64,000 nucleotides of DNA from IMG/VR virus record IMGVR_UViG_3300010403_000705, positions 248,001-312,000 of that record, one strand, 5' to 3'. This document shows, piece by piece, positions 29,476 through 39,281 of the stretch. The notes beneath the pieces are model-generated. The model worked only from the letters and a program-made list of their open reading frames with translations, was not told the origin of the DNA and made no database searches. Positions within the stretch are counted from its first letter, which is position 1, and each line of letters begins with the position of its first letter. A program made the position numbers and the translations under genes.

Positions 29476-30192
29476 ATGGCGAAAGATCCCAAGAGGAGCG
29501 ACGATACCAGCACCGGCGTCAAGAGCATCAGTCGCTCGGCAATGAATGCCGCCAAGAGAGCAGCAGCCAAGGCGAAACAGAATCCCATCCTTCGAGGAGG
29601 AGTCTGCTCGTCCTGCGGACAGAAGTCCACGTCATGCAGCACCAATACCGCACACATGGGATGCCTGGGTTACTTCGCCGGTCCGTCAATGACAACCAAC
29701 AAAACCTTTGATGATCCTCTTTTTGATGCTCTGGCGCAGCATGATTCGCTAAGCTATGATGGCACCATTCTCCGACAGCCCATCGAGGGGACCTGGATCA
29801 ACGAGAGTGTTCTTCAGCAGCGTCGCGCTGAACGTCGGCAGGAAGCTCTTCTGCGCGCCAGTAAGCGAGTGATCCTGACCTCTGTTTTTGAGAAGTGTCA
29901 AGGCGAGGATGAGAACGGCGCCTATGAGTTTGACAAGTGTGTGCGCGTCAACGTGACTAATGGTCTGGGCGAAGCGGTGTCGTGGCTGGATGGCGCATGG
30001 CGCACCGAAGTTGAGCAGCAGGAATATGCCGCTCAGAAAGAAGCCAAGCTGCGTGCCAGCATTATTGAGGTGGCTTCTCCAGAAGAAGATCAACTTTTGT
30101 CGGGTCTCAGTGATCTCCCGGAATGTCCGGATGATTCTTACGAGAAGCTCCTTCTGCAACCTCAGGTTGATATCATTATCGCTGCGTGCTAG
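29476..30192 (+). CDS. hypothetical protein (CxxC)
   Basis: AAGGAG RBS, 238 aa. Confidence 0.8.
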   Translation: MAKDPKRSDDTSTGVKSISRSAMNAAKRAAAKAKQNPILRGGVCSSCGQKSTSCSTNTAHMGCLGYFAGPSMTTNKTFDDPLFDALAQHDSLSYDGTILRQPIEGTWINESVLQQRRAERRQEALLRASKRVILTSVFEKCQGEDENGAYEFDKCVRVNVTNGLGEAVSWLDGAWRTEVEQQEYAAQKEAKLRASIIEVASPEEDQLLSGLSDLPECPDDSYEKLLLQPQVDIIIAAC

Positions 30193-30319
30193 CATTATGA
30201 AGGTTGATTTATTTATCAACCCTGAAAACGTTAACTAAAGAAATCAACTGATCATTATCTGGTTGTTGATGGGGATCTAAAATAAAGATCCCCATCAACA
30301 CACACACGGACGCAAAGAT

Positions 30320-30538
30320 ATGAATTTCGATCAAATGTCAATTCGTATTGCTGCTAAGATTGAGAATCCTGCGCATTGGATGTTGGAGCTTCGTCGTATC
30401 GCTACTGAGCTTCGTCTTGATGTGCGTCGGTGTCTTCCTTTGGCGCCTGAATCTTTGCAAATCGCTTGCCGGGCGCTGCTTGATGAGGCAGGCAAACAGA
30501 GACGTACGCCTGCGGAAATCCTTCGCGCTGTTGATTAA
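30320..30538 (+). CDS. hypothetical protein
   Basis: ORF ending at terminator 30546-30574. Confidence 0.65.
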   Translation: MNFDQMSIRIAAKIENPAHWMLELRRIATELRLDVRRCLPLAPESLQIACRALLDEAGKQRRTPAEILRAVD

Positions 30539-30594
30539 AGGAATCATGGGGCGGCTTCTCAGAAGCCGCCCCATTTTTATTTCTTGTTTAAGAA

Positions 30595-30629
30595 CGGCAC
30601 AGATTTTGCATAGTGCATAATACATGCCG
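30595..30629. promoter_or_regulatory. 35-bp dyad sigma54-like element
   Basis: CGGCAC-agatt-TTGCA-tag-TGCA-N7-TGCCG. Confidence 0.75.
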
Positions 30630-30999
30630 CATTTTTCCCATCCAGAATCAAACATAACTAAAAGTATGGATAACACTACAGTTCATATTATCAATTGGTC
30701 TATCATGCGCTTTGTGGGACCAGGATATGATCCCATTGTATTGCATGGTGATTTTTGCGGACATCCGAGTCTTGATCGTGGCACGCCTAGTTCTTTTTTA
30801 TCATTCGATAAGAAAAATTTGCTTGGCAAAAGTATAAGCGGAAAAGTCTATATTTTGGAAGCTTGTTCTTTTCGTCCGACTGGGTTTGCGCGCACGCTGG
30901 AAGATGCGTGTGATTGGATCGAGCAGAATTGGGTGAGAAAAAAATAAAATAATTTACCGCCCATCTATCAGATTTATTTTTCTAATATGAAGGATACTT

Positions 31000-31446
31000 A
31001 TGATTACTCTGGCAAGATTTGATGTTTCTGAAATCCTCCCTCTAATAGGAGCAGGACAGGAGCCCATCATGCTCAAAGGTCATAGGGTTAAAGTTGGATC
31101 CACTAGATTAGAGTGTCTCAAAAGAAATCAGAAATGTGTTTCTTGTCATCGGGTTGGTACTGTCTTTCTTTTGCAGAGTCACCGTGGAGAAACACCACAT
31201 CTAAATCTTTTCCATGTGATGGCAGATAAAGAGCCAGAAAACTGGAACTTAGTTGCATGGAAATCAATGTGGAAAAATTTGATGACTCAAGATCATATCA
31301 TTCCTAAATGGTCTGGAGGATCTGATAGTATTGATAATTTACAGACTATGTGTTCGTCGTGTAACCATAAAAAAGGTGGTAGCACTCCAGAAGATCCTAG
31401 TCGGGATCCAAATTGCGCGACGCGAAAAAAGAAAAAAAGAAAGTAA
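31000..31446 (+). CDS. HNH endonuclease
   Basis: CVSC ... TQDHIIPKWSGGSDSIDNLQTMCSSCNHKKG. Confidence 0.88.
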   Translation: MITLARFDVSEILPLIGAGQEPIMLKGHRVKVGSTRLECLKRNQKCVSCHRVGTVFLLQSHRGETPHLNLFHVMADKEPENWNLVAWKSMWKNLMTQDHIIPKWSGGSDSIDNLQTMCSSCNHKKGGSTPEDPSRDPNCATRKKKKRK

Positions 31447-31792
31447 AAGACAAGAATCTATCTCTATTGTCTTTTACGATCGGGTGCATGTATGAGAGTG
31501 TCTGTTATCTGATGCGCAATTATTTTAACACAATAGAAAATGAACGGTTAACATATGTCAAATTATTGGCTGATCTTTATAGTAACTTGGCTATTTACCT
31601 CTAGTGCATTACATCTTGTTACCTGGTTTATAGCGCAAGCTAAAATGAGGAATAAGATCAGTGATGCCTGGCTGGATGGCTGTATTGCCGCGCATAAAAG
31701 TGTATCTGTCTGTCCTTTTGAGCAAGGAACCGTGCAATCTATTTGGTGGCATCGTGGGTTCAAGCATATCAACCTTTTAGGGCAGTAGAGTA

Positions 31793-32392
31793 ATGGGAGC
31801 TGATGGCGGTGTCTGTTGGGTTGCATTGCACGATGCTTCTCAATATAAAAGAGTAACCCATCTCTTAATGCCTTTCTATTTTCTTACCGAATATGGAAAT
31901 GCTAATTGGCAAGAAGAAGCTAACGATGTTTTTCGTGATGCCAATGATTTTGGTCCCCCGAAGTATTTGGTAGGTACTTATGGTTCTTTTCAGGACTTTA
32001 GTATCTATGAGGACTTGCAAGAAATTCTGCAATCAGAAGACCAAATTTGTCTTGATCCATCTCTGACATTTACAGAATTAGTAGATGATTTAGTTTGTAG
32101 ACCTCTAATGTGCTATGAAGAGGGTTCAACTAAAGGTAGTAGATGGCAATACGTCTTGGAGGGAATCTTTGGAAAGAACCTATTATACTATTATGATGTC
32201 AATGGTCAACACCCTTCCTTATTAGAAGCTATGTTATGGGAGGCAGTTCATTCTACATATTATGTATATGGTCGAGCCAAAGCGATTGATAAATTATTTC
32301 CAATCGCTGACATGCGCGTGTGTGATTGGGTGGATGAATTAAAATCTTTGCTTGATTATAAACATGTCTTGCATGAAGAAACATGGACATAA
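31793..32392 (+). CDS. hypothetical protein
   Basis: 199-aa ORF. Confidence 0.7.
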   Translation: MGADGGVCWVALHDASQYKRVTHLLMPFYFLTEYGNANWQEEANDVFRDANDFGPPKYLVGTYGSFQDFSIYEDLQEILQSEDQICLDPSLTFTELVDDLVCRPLMCYEEGSTKGSRWQYVLEGIFGKNLLYYYDVNGQHPSLLEAMLWEAVHSTYYVYGRAKAIDKLFPIADMRVCDWVDELKSLLDYKHVLHEETWT

Positions 32393-32454
32393 CTGGTCCA
32401 ATTATTTGATTGATAAATTAAGCTCTGGATTGATTCTGCAATTATAGAGTAAAG

Positions 32455-33714
32455 ATGTGGTTCCAAAATCTTTCTGATACCGAAGAAGCTGGGTGGTTTC
32501 CTGAAACACATGCACACCCAGATAAGTTTGGAGATCTGTGGGCAATGACGCCTACATATAAACTTCAGAAATCATCTGGGCAAAAAGACATTGTTCTATT
32601 GTCTACTGGTGGTTTTACTCCTCTTCATGATGGTCATATTTGCATGATGGAAGCCGCAAAGATTCACATGGAATCTCAAGGCTTTCGTGTGCGTGGAGGA
32701 TATATTTCTCCAGGTCATGATGATTATGTAGTTCAACATAAAGGCGTACGCATCTACGCGCCTGAACGTTTAGTGTATGCTAATAACAAGTTAAAGGATC
32801 ATCCTTGGTTAATGGTTGATCCTTGGGAAGCTATTGGTTGTTCTTGTAGTGTTAATTTTACGACAGTCATTGATCATTTGGAAAAATTTCTTAACTGTCG
32901 TGTTTGTTTTGTTGTAGGATCGGATAACGCCAGATTTTCTTTGGCTTTCCAAGAGCATGGACTTTTGTGTATTGTACCTCGTTCGGCAGAAGTTTTACCT
33001 AATCCTAAATACCGAACTCGATCGTACATGCATAAGTCGCAAAATGTTTTTATTGCTAACAATGAGCCAATTATAGGTAGCAGTACAGACACGCGCAGAG
33101 AGATGAGTTTTGGTAACTTGCAAGAAAAAAAGAAATTAATTCTGCGTGTAGATGCCGATTCAGAGTCATATCTGAGTCGGTTACTTGCTATTCTAGTAGA
33201 TTATTATGCTGAAATAAGTATTGTTAGAGTAGCTGAGCAAGAACTACCACATGGTATAGCTAATCTAGTTAGTTTAGATCAGATGATGGTATCATCTTTC
33301 GGTAACTTGGGTATCTCTAGAAACTATGCCGAAGGTGGCTACATCAAACTAGGATATATTAATCGTCCTGGTACTTCTGCTTTAGGGCAGCAAATAAAGT
33401 TTTTTACCAATCAATCCGTTTCTCTTTTTGATGATGATGTGGTGACTGGTAGCACGATGCGTAAAGTAAGCGCTTTACTTAAAGAAGTAAATTGTAAAGT
33501 GGTCTCGTATCATGCTTTGTCTTTTACTGATGAAGGTATGTATGAGATTTTAGATAGCAGAGATTTCCTTCCGATTTCCGAAGGTGGTTTAGTGGTACGT
33601 GGGATGAGAGTGCCATACATTTATCCATACGTGTGTCCACACGCACGTGCGTCCATATTATCTAATCAGGCTGTTGAATTTTCTGATCGTATTTATAAAG
33701 AATTCTGGAGCTAA
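32455..33714 (+). CDS. NMN/NaMN adenylyltransferase (NadD/NMNAT-like) fused to a C-terminal PRTase-like domain
   Basis: GGFTPLHDGH (HxGH), SPGHDDYV, VDPWEA, VGSDNA, SST..R; C-terminal LFDDDVVTGSTM PRPP-binding loop. Confidence 0.8.
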   Translation: MWFQNLSDTEEAGWFPETHAHPDKFGDLWAMTPTYKLQKSSGQKDIVLLSTGGFTPLHDGHICMMEAAKIHMESQGFRVRGGYISPGHDDYVVQHKGVRIYAPERLVYANNKLKDHPWLMVDPWEAIGCSCSVNFTTVIDHLEKFLNCRVCFVVGSDNARFSLAFQEHGLLCIVPRSAEVLPNPKYRTRSYMHKSQNVFIANNEPIIGSSTDTRREMSFGNLQEKKKLILRVDADSESYLSRLLAILVDYYAEISIVRVAEQELPHGIANLVSLDQMMVSSFGNLGISRNYAEGGYIKLGYINRPGTSALGQQIKFFTNQSVSLFDDDVVTGSTMRKVSALLKEVNCKVVSYHALSFTDEGMYEILDSRDFLPISEGGLVVRGMRVPYIYPYVCPHARASILSNQAVEFSDRIYKEFWS

Positions 33715-33726
33715 TAGAATGTAGAT

Positions 33727-34821
33727 ATGCTCAAGGAAAAATATCTAATTTTATACTATTTTAACATGATTATTGGTTCAGATAACGATTTGTTTGATTC
33801 AAATGATTCATTGAGTAAATCTCTTGTACTTTCATGGATTAAATATTTGGAAGACAAGAGTTATGATATATTATCTAAGCATTACCCCAAAGATGAAGCG
33901 CAGGTTGAGGTAACTAACGGTTCGCAAAACTTTATAGGAAAAATTGTTCGTTATCCCAAATCTTTAGGAGAATCAACAGGATGTCTATTTGTAATCGATA
34001 GAGAGTATGGCGGCGGTTCTTGGGTGCCGTACCTATGTATTACTGAAATAAATGGATAATTAATATGATTATTTCTAAACTCTTAAAAGATAAGATGCAT
34101 AATAGAGGTGTACCTGGTTGGTTTATTCATGAAATATTTGATCGTAATTATCATATTAACGATGGAGAATTGTTGTCTTGGACATTGATTCCATTGCTAG
34201 ATCAAATGCCCATCTTATCATCTCATAAAGATAGATATGGAGTTAAGGCGGCTGAGCAAGCAAGAGTATTAACAGATGCGGCGATGCAAATATCTTTGCA
34301 GTGTTTTCAAATCACACCTGGTTTTAAAAAGCTTAGTGATGAATTTAAGAATTATCTTAATGAATCTTCAACTTGGCATCTTCAATCTTTTTTTAGTGGA
34401 ATTAGATTGAAGTATAATCACACTAAGTTGAAAAGTGTCATTGAAGCTAGCTTTTGGTCTAGTCACGATTATGGTGTTAAGATAAATGATTGGGGATTTA
34501 ACCCAATGAATCAAGCTGCACATGCAGCGCATGTTTTTACACAATCCGCTACTATTCTTGATAGTGAATTTGTTTGGTCAGAAGCTGCGAAACTCTTACA
34601 GAAGATTAGTAAAAACAATGAAGATTCCTGAACATAGGCGTTGTATTCATGATCGTAATAAAAACCAAATTGGATATGTTTGGTATAGTGGTCCAGTAAT
34701 TTCTATTGAAGGAAAATTGTACCATTGTTCAGATTATGATGATGGTTATTTTGAAGTAGTTCCCATCATTGTAGAAGGTGGGATCCATTATTGTCTTGGC
34801 GATTCTCGAATGAGTGATTAA
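33727..34821 (+). other. three hypothetical CDS (33727-34059, 34065-34631, 34618-34821)
   Basis: Packed ORFs. Confidence 0.6.
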
Positions 34822-34831
34822 AAAAAATATA

Positions 34832-35695
34832 ATGAGTAAATCAAAAGGTAAGCAACAGGTAAATATTACTATTCTTTACGGTCTGCCTGGTAGTGGAAAA
34901 TCCTTTTATAGTCAACGAAACAAAGAGACTAGAGTTGACTTTGATGCTATCATTAAGTCACATGGACCAAATAAATTTGCTGTTTTAAAAGAGCTTAATA
35001 GGCAAACAGAAATAAAATTATCAAGAAATTATTACTACACTAGAAACCATGCCGTAACTATTGATGGTTTGGTTACTACCAATCAACAGCTTCGAGATTT
35101 GATCGATTCCTTTACCAGTTACTTCCAACAATATCAGATCATTTTTAGGTTAGTATATTGGAATGAAGACCGAGAAGCTTGTCTTCATAACGATAAAAAC
35201 CGTCGTACAATTTCTGCGGCAGCGGCAATTAAATCTATGCCGTATGAAAAACCGCATTTTGATTCTTTTCCTGAACTATCCCAGAAAAGAATTCAACCTA
35301 TGAAGGTAGTGAAAAAGCATAATGCTATTTCATGGATCTCCCATCTGTTAAGAGAGTTGGATTATGATCCTATTCAGATCGAAACTATTACTGACACTAT
35401 GCAATTGGAATCTAAAAGCTGGTGTTTGGGCGGAGAATGTTGCACTTGGGATGATCAATCTTCTGTAGTAGAAGCACAGGCTCCGCGGCAGTTCGAGGAG
35501 CTTGATAGGCTGCTTGTATATATTAATCCTGAGATTACAGCTATAGATTTTAGACAGATAAAGGATATCTGTTGTAGTCTATTTCATTTTTCCGAATCAG
35601 ATTATTATGGCGGCAGCACCGATAATGCCAGACATGTATGTGATCTAAAACAGTTATATGAATGTTTACTAAATCTTCAATTCATAAATGAATGA
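34832..35695 (+). CDS. P-loop kinase (PNK-like) with extra C-terminal domain; paralog of 39995
   Basis: ILYGLPGSGKS, IDGL.TTN.QLR, EDREACL.ND..RR. Confidence 0.82.
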   Translation: MSKSKGKQQVNITILYGLPGSGKSFYSQRNKETRVDFDAIIKSHGPNKFAVLKELNRQTEIKLSRNYYYTRNHAVTIDGLVTTNQQLRDLIDSFTSYFQQYQIIFRLVYWNEDREACLHNDKNRRTISAAAAIKSMPYEKPHFDSFPELSQKRIQPMKVVKKHNAISWISHLLRELDYDPIQIETITDTMQLESKSWCLGGECCTWDDQSSVVEAQAPRQFEELDRLLVYINPEITAIDFRQIKDICCSLFHFSESDYYGGSTDNARHVCDLKQLYECLLNLQFINE

Positions 35696-36612
35696 GATAC
35701 TATAATCATATGCTTTTTAATCCTAGTGATTATCTGGTACAGAAAATTTCTTTGCTAGAAGACTATTTCATTCAATTCGGAATTGATGCAGTAGTTTTTG
35801 GAATGTCTGGTGGTGTAGATTCAGCAGTAGTTGCTGGAATTCTCAAGCGTTGTCAATCACTCAAACGAGTGATTGCAGTGGCTGCACCCATCTCTTCTAA
35901 GGGAGCTACTAATCAAGATGTGGCGGCAAATCGAGCGGTCAAACAATGTGAGGCTTTTGACCTTGAAGTATGGAAGCTTGATCTTACCCCCGCTCAGTTT
36001 TGTTATGAAGGCATCATGAGATGTTCCCCATCTAATGCAGAGGGTGAGAGAAGAGTATGGGCAGACGGACAGATCCTTTCAATTGCTCGAACTCCTTTGT
36101 TTTATGGTGTGGCTGCGCATCTGCAAGCTGAAGGATATCGGGCTGTGGTTTCTGGCACCACGAATCGTTCCGAGGGATCATATATTGGATTCTACGGTAA
36201 AGGTTCAGACGGTATGAATGACATCCAACCTATCTCAGATATGTGGAAGTCTCAGGTCTTTGCACTAGCCAATCATCTGGGAGTGATTCCTGAAATTATC
36301 AATGAGAAACCGCGTGGAGATGTTTGGGATTCTCGTTGTGATGAAGAGATGATTGGCGCCACTTATCCTCAGATAGAAGCTTATCTAGAAGCTAAATGTC
36401 TTAGTTTTTCAATGAACCCATTTTCGCCCGCAGCCACGTCTTACCAAAAAATGGTTGGTGCTGAAGCGATAGAAAAACTTCATAGCATCAATCGTCATAA
36501 ATATCTAGTCGGGTCCCCTGCTATTCATTTTGATATTCTTGATCGCCATATACCGGGTGGATGGTCTGAAATGAATAGTTATACCCATGTCCTTGGAAGA
36601 CGTTATGTCTAA
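35692..36612 (+). CDS. nadE: NH3-dependent NAD+ synthetase
   Basis: GMSGGVDSAVV, GTTNRSE, GFYGKGSDG..DIQPI.D..KSQV..LA..LG, DEEMIG.TY. Confidence 0.9.
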   Translation: MRYYNHMLFNPSDYLVQKISLLEDYFIQFGIDAVVFGMSGGVDSAVVAGILKRCQSLKRVIAVAAPISSKGATNQDVAANRAVKQCEAFDLEVWKLDLTPAQFCYEGIMRCSPSNAEGERRVWADGQILSIARTPLFYGVAAHLQAEGYRAVVSGTTNRSEGSYIGFYGKGSDGMNDIQPISDMWKSQVFALANHLGVIPEIINEKPRGDVWDSRCDEEMIGATYPQIEAYLEAKCLSFSMNPFSPAATSYQKMVGAEAIEKLHSINRHKYLVGSPAIHFDILDRHIPGGWSEMNSYTHVLGRRYV

Positions 36613-36625
36613 AGGTAGAAGGTAA

Positions 36626-36916
36626 ATGAAGCTAAATATAGCTGACTTACGTTATTATTCGATTGCTAATAGAACGCAAATCCAAGCACAGGAAAGATGT
36701 GCTTGTTACTATTGTATTAAAATCTATCAATCAAATCTGATTGTAGAGTGGCATTTGGAAAAACGTGGTCAATATAAAGGGGAAGAAACAGCTATTTGTC
36801 CTTTCTGTGGAATTGATTCAGTGATTCAATTCGAGCATTCTTTCCATGAAGAAATTGATATTTCTTTTCTGAAGTCCGCCAGAGATTATTGGTTTCATAA
36901 CAATAGCTCTAAATGA
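36626..36916 (+). CDS. small Cys-rich (zinc-binding) conserved hypothetical protein
   Basis: CACYYC ... TAICPFCGIDSVI. Confidence 0.75.
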   Translation: MKLNIADLRYYSIANRTQIQAQERCACYYCIKIYQSNLIVEWHLEKRGQYKGEETAICPFCGIDSVIQFEHSFHEEIDISFLKSARDYWFHNNSSK

Positions 36917-36955
36917 TTTTGGATTCAAAATACAATAACTAAAAGTAATAAAATT

Positions 36956-37771
36956 ATGCTTAATCTTGGATTCAAAGGTTCTGTGCCTGGCGCTTGGCGT
37001 GTCCCAGAAAACTTCAAACTAACAGCACATTGTTGCAGTGGATTGTCAAAGTCAATCCTTCCCAATCTTGCCTTATACATTCCAGACGCCTTATCAAAGA
37101 AGGATTGTGATCTTCTTATAAAACTATTTCGCAAACAAAAAACTGCTCCTGTAGCAGTATCAGGATACCAAACTGCTGATCCAAATGAAATTGGCAGTGT
37201 GCGTGCGACAGGTTGGGGACCAGAGCTGAGTGCACAATTGTGGGAGAAACTGTGTGCAGCATGCAGCGCATTTGGTGTTGCACTTGGCAGTGAGTATGGT
37301 CCTGTTTCAGTAAATCAATTTACACCCACTGACTGGTACGCTATCCCAGGCAAACGCAAAGAGCATACTAGATGGATAGAATCCGGAATTTCTCCAGTGC
37401 TTAGGTTTATGGAATACAGACATGGGGGACGTCATAATACCCATTATGATATGGGATTTGATTATGAAGCTCATAATCCAAACGATCATCGACGCACTCT
37501 TATGTCTGTGGTATGGTATTTGAATGAAGAACCTCATTCAGGAGGTTGTACTAGATTTATTGAAGACGGTCAATCCCATCTACCGATTTGGAATAGAAAG
37601 CTAGATGATTGGGAGCGTTCTGCTAGTGAAGATGAAGTATTAGCTACGCAACAGCCGCATCGTGGGGGTGCTTTGATTTTTTGGCACCGAATGGCTCATG
37701 ATGTGCAAGAATTTACTGGTAATTCTCGCATCATTATCCGTGGTGATATTGAATTCACTGCGCTGAACTAA
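36956..37771 (+). CDS. 2OG-Fe(II) oxygenase (prolyl-hydroxylase-like)
   Basis: RFMEY..GG.H..HYD, YLN....GG.T.F, H..AHDV, R...RGD. Confidence 0.85.
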   Translation: MLNLGFKGSVPGAWRVPENFKLTAHCCSGLSKSILPNLALYIPDALSKKDCDLLIKLFRKQKTAPVAVSGYQTADPNEIGSVRATGWGPELSAQLWEKLCAACSAFGVALGSEYGPVSVNQFTPTDWYAIPGKRKEHTRWIESGISPVLRFMEYRHGGRHNTHYDMGFDYEAHNPNDHRRTLMSVVWYLNEEPHSGGCTRFIEDGQSHLPIWNRKLDDWERSASEDEVLATQQPHRGGALIFWHRMAHDVQEFTGNSRIIIRGDIEFTALN

Positions 37772-37929
37772 GTTAACCCCTCACTTTTATTTAGTGAATA
37801 AAATATGGATCCCATCATAGAACACATTTTGTTATCTTATACAAGTACCGGATTGGCTTTCTTTATAATTAGAGAGATGTTTATCTATCTTGATGGTGGT
37901 CGATAACCTTTTATAAGGATCATAACTCT

Positions 37930-39097
37930 ATGAGTTACATTGCAATTATCAATCCCTCCAGTTGCATGGTAGTTACATTGGGACAAGGCACTCAAATCAT
38001 TGATGCCAATCCTTCATTCTTTTTGCTTGATCTTATCAGACGTGGTTATGATATTGCTGTTATTTCTTCTTCAAATAAATTTTCTGATGTTGAGAAGTGT
38101 TGGCTTGATTTGATTCCGAGCGAAAATATCTTCCTGCCCATTGGTGAGAATGAAGAGTGTTTTGGGGTTTATAATTCCTCTGTTATTGCCGCTTGGGCGG
38201 CGGCTTTTAAGAAGTTTGGATTGAAACCACCCATCGATCAAACTCGTTGGACCAACTATAAGAGAGCTGCTCAAGAACAAGGAGTAGTAACGGATCCATC
38301 GGATCTACTTCCACAGGATAATTCTTAATCTTTTAACGCATAAAATTACAGGATCATAGTGATCCGACAGCTTGGGCGGGTGAATATTTACAATGAAAAT
38401 ATCTTACGAGTCCACAGCGGCTGCTATTTTTCTCCTTGAAGTAAAAATGGTTGTTGCTCATTTAGCTAGCGATTATATTTCGGAGCTAGAAAATAGATGC
38501 AGCTATCTTTCAATATTAGAAGGATGTGGCTGGACAGAGCAACAATTTGATCAAGAAACACTACGTCGTGTGGATGCAGGATGGAAATTTCTTCGTCCAT
38601 CACCTCGTGGTAATCATCCAATGCATGCGTTGATGCCTGTCTCCCTTAACGGGATGGCGGGCATTCCGCCTTTAAGCATTTAAGGGGCATTAAATAGCAT
38701 ACATGATATGTTTAATGTACAGATCAAGAATCTCAATACTGAAACATGGATGTATGAAAATGTTGCCGTAATATCTTTTTTACTTTCTATATGGTGGCTG
38801 ACTGGTCATCAAGCAGTTGAACTTATTGGTAGTGCAGCAGTGTTTTTTGGTTTTTGTTGCTCGTCAATTAGTGACCGTATGGTTGAGAGAGAAGCAGCCA
38901 GAACCAAACCTTTAGTACATTGTTATAGAATGTATTGGTGGTTCTTTTGGGCAAAAGAATGCAGTTTTGCTATCTATTTTGCCCTGCATGGCGCATGGAG
39001 CGCTATTGCTGGATGTATAGTGTTTGGTTTATACCCACTATGGCGTAAATACTGGCGTTACATTCACCCTTTGCGGCTTTCTAAAAGTAAGTCTTAA
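37930..39097 (+). other. three hypothetical CDS (37930-38328, 38393-38683, membrane protein 38708-39097)
   Basis: ORFs; the last is hydrophobic. Confidence 0.6.
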
Positions 39098-39189
39098 TAG
39101 AAGACACGCGCCTAAAATTTAATAGGCGCGCACTTTGCAGAACCGCAATCTTACCAAAGGCTAGCGATTTTGCAAGTTTTCTTATGAAT

Positions 39190-39224
39190 TGGTATATATT
39201 TTGCATAGTGCAATTAGTATGCCA
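39190..39224. promoter_or_regulatory. 35-bp dyad sigma54-like element (last copy seen)
   Basis: TGGTAT-atatt-TTGCA-tag-TGCA-N7-TGCCA. Confidence 0.8.
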
Positions 39225-39281
39225 CATCTTTCCCATCACCTAATTGATTAGGACTTCCGAACATCTGAAAGAAAATTGATT

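Noticed and set aside
101-31068. CCCATC bias as simple restriction-site avoidance or Pro-Ile codon preference
   Set aside because: Avoidance cannot produce enrichment, and the motif occurs in several frames and in non-coding DNA
38708-39097. PnuC-like NMN transporter near the NAD genes
   Set aside because: Membrane protein, but too short and no motif I can recognise
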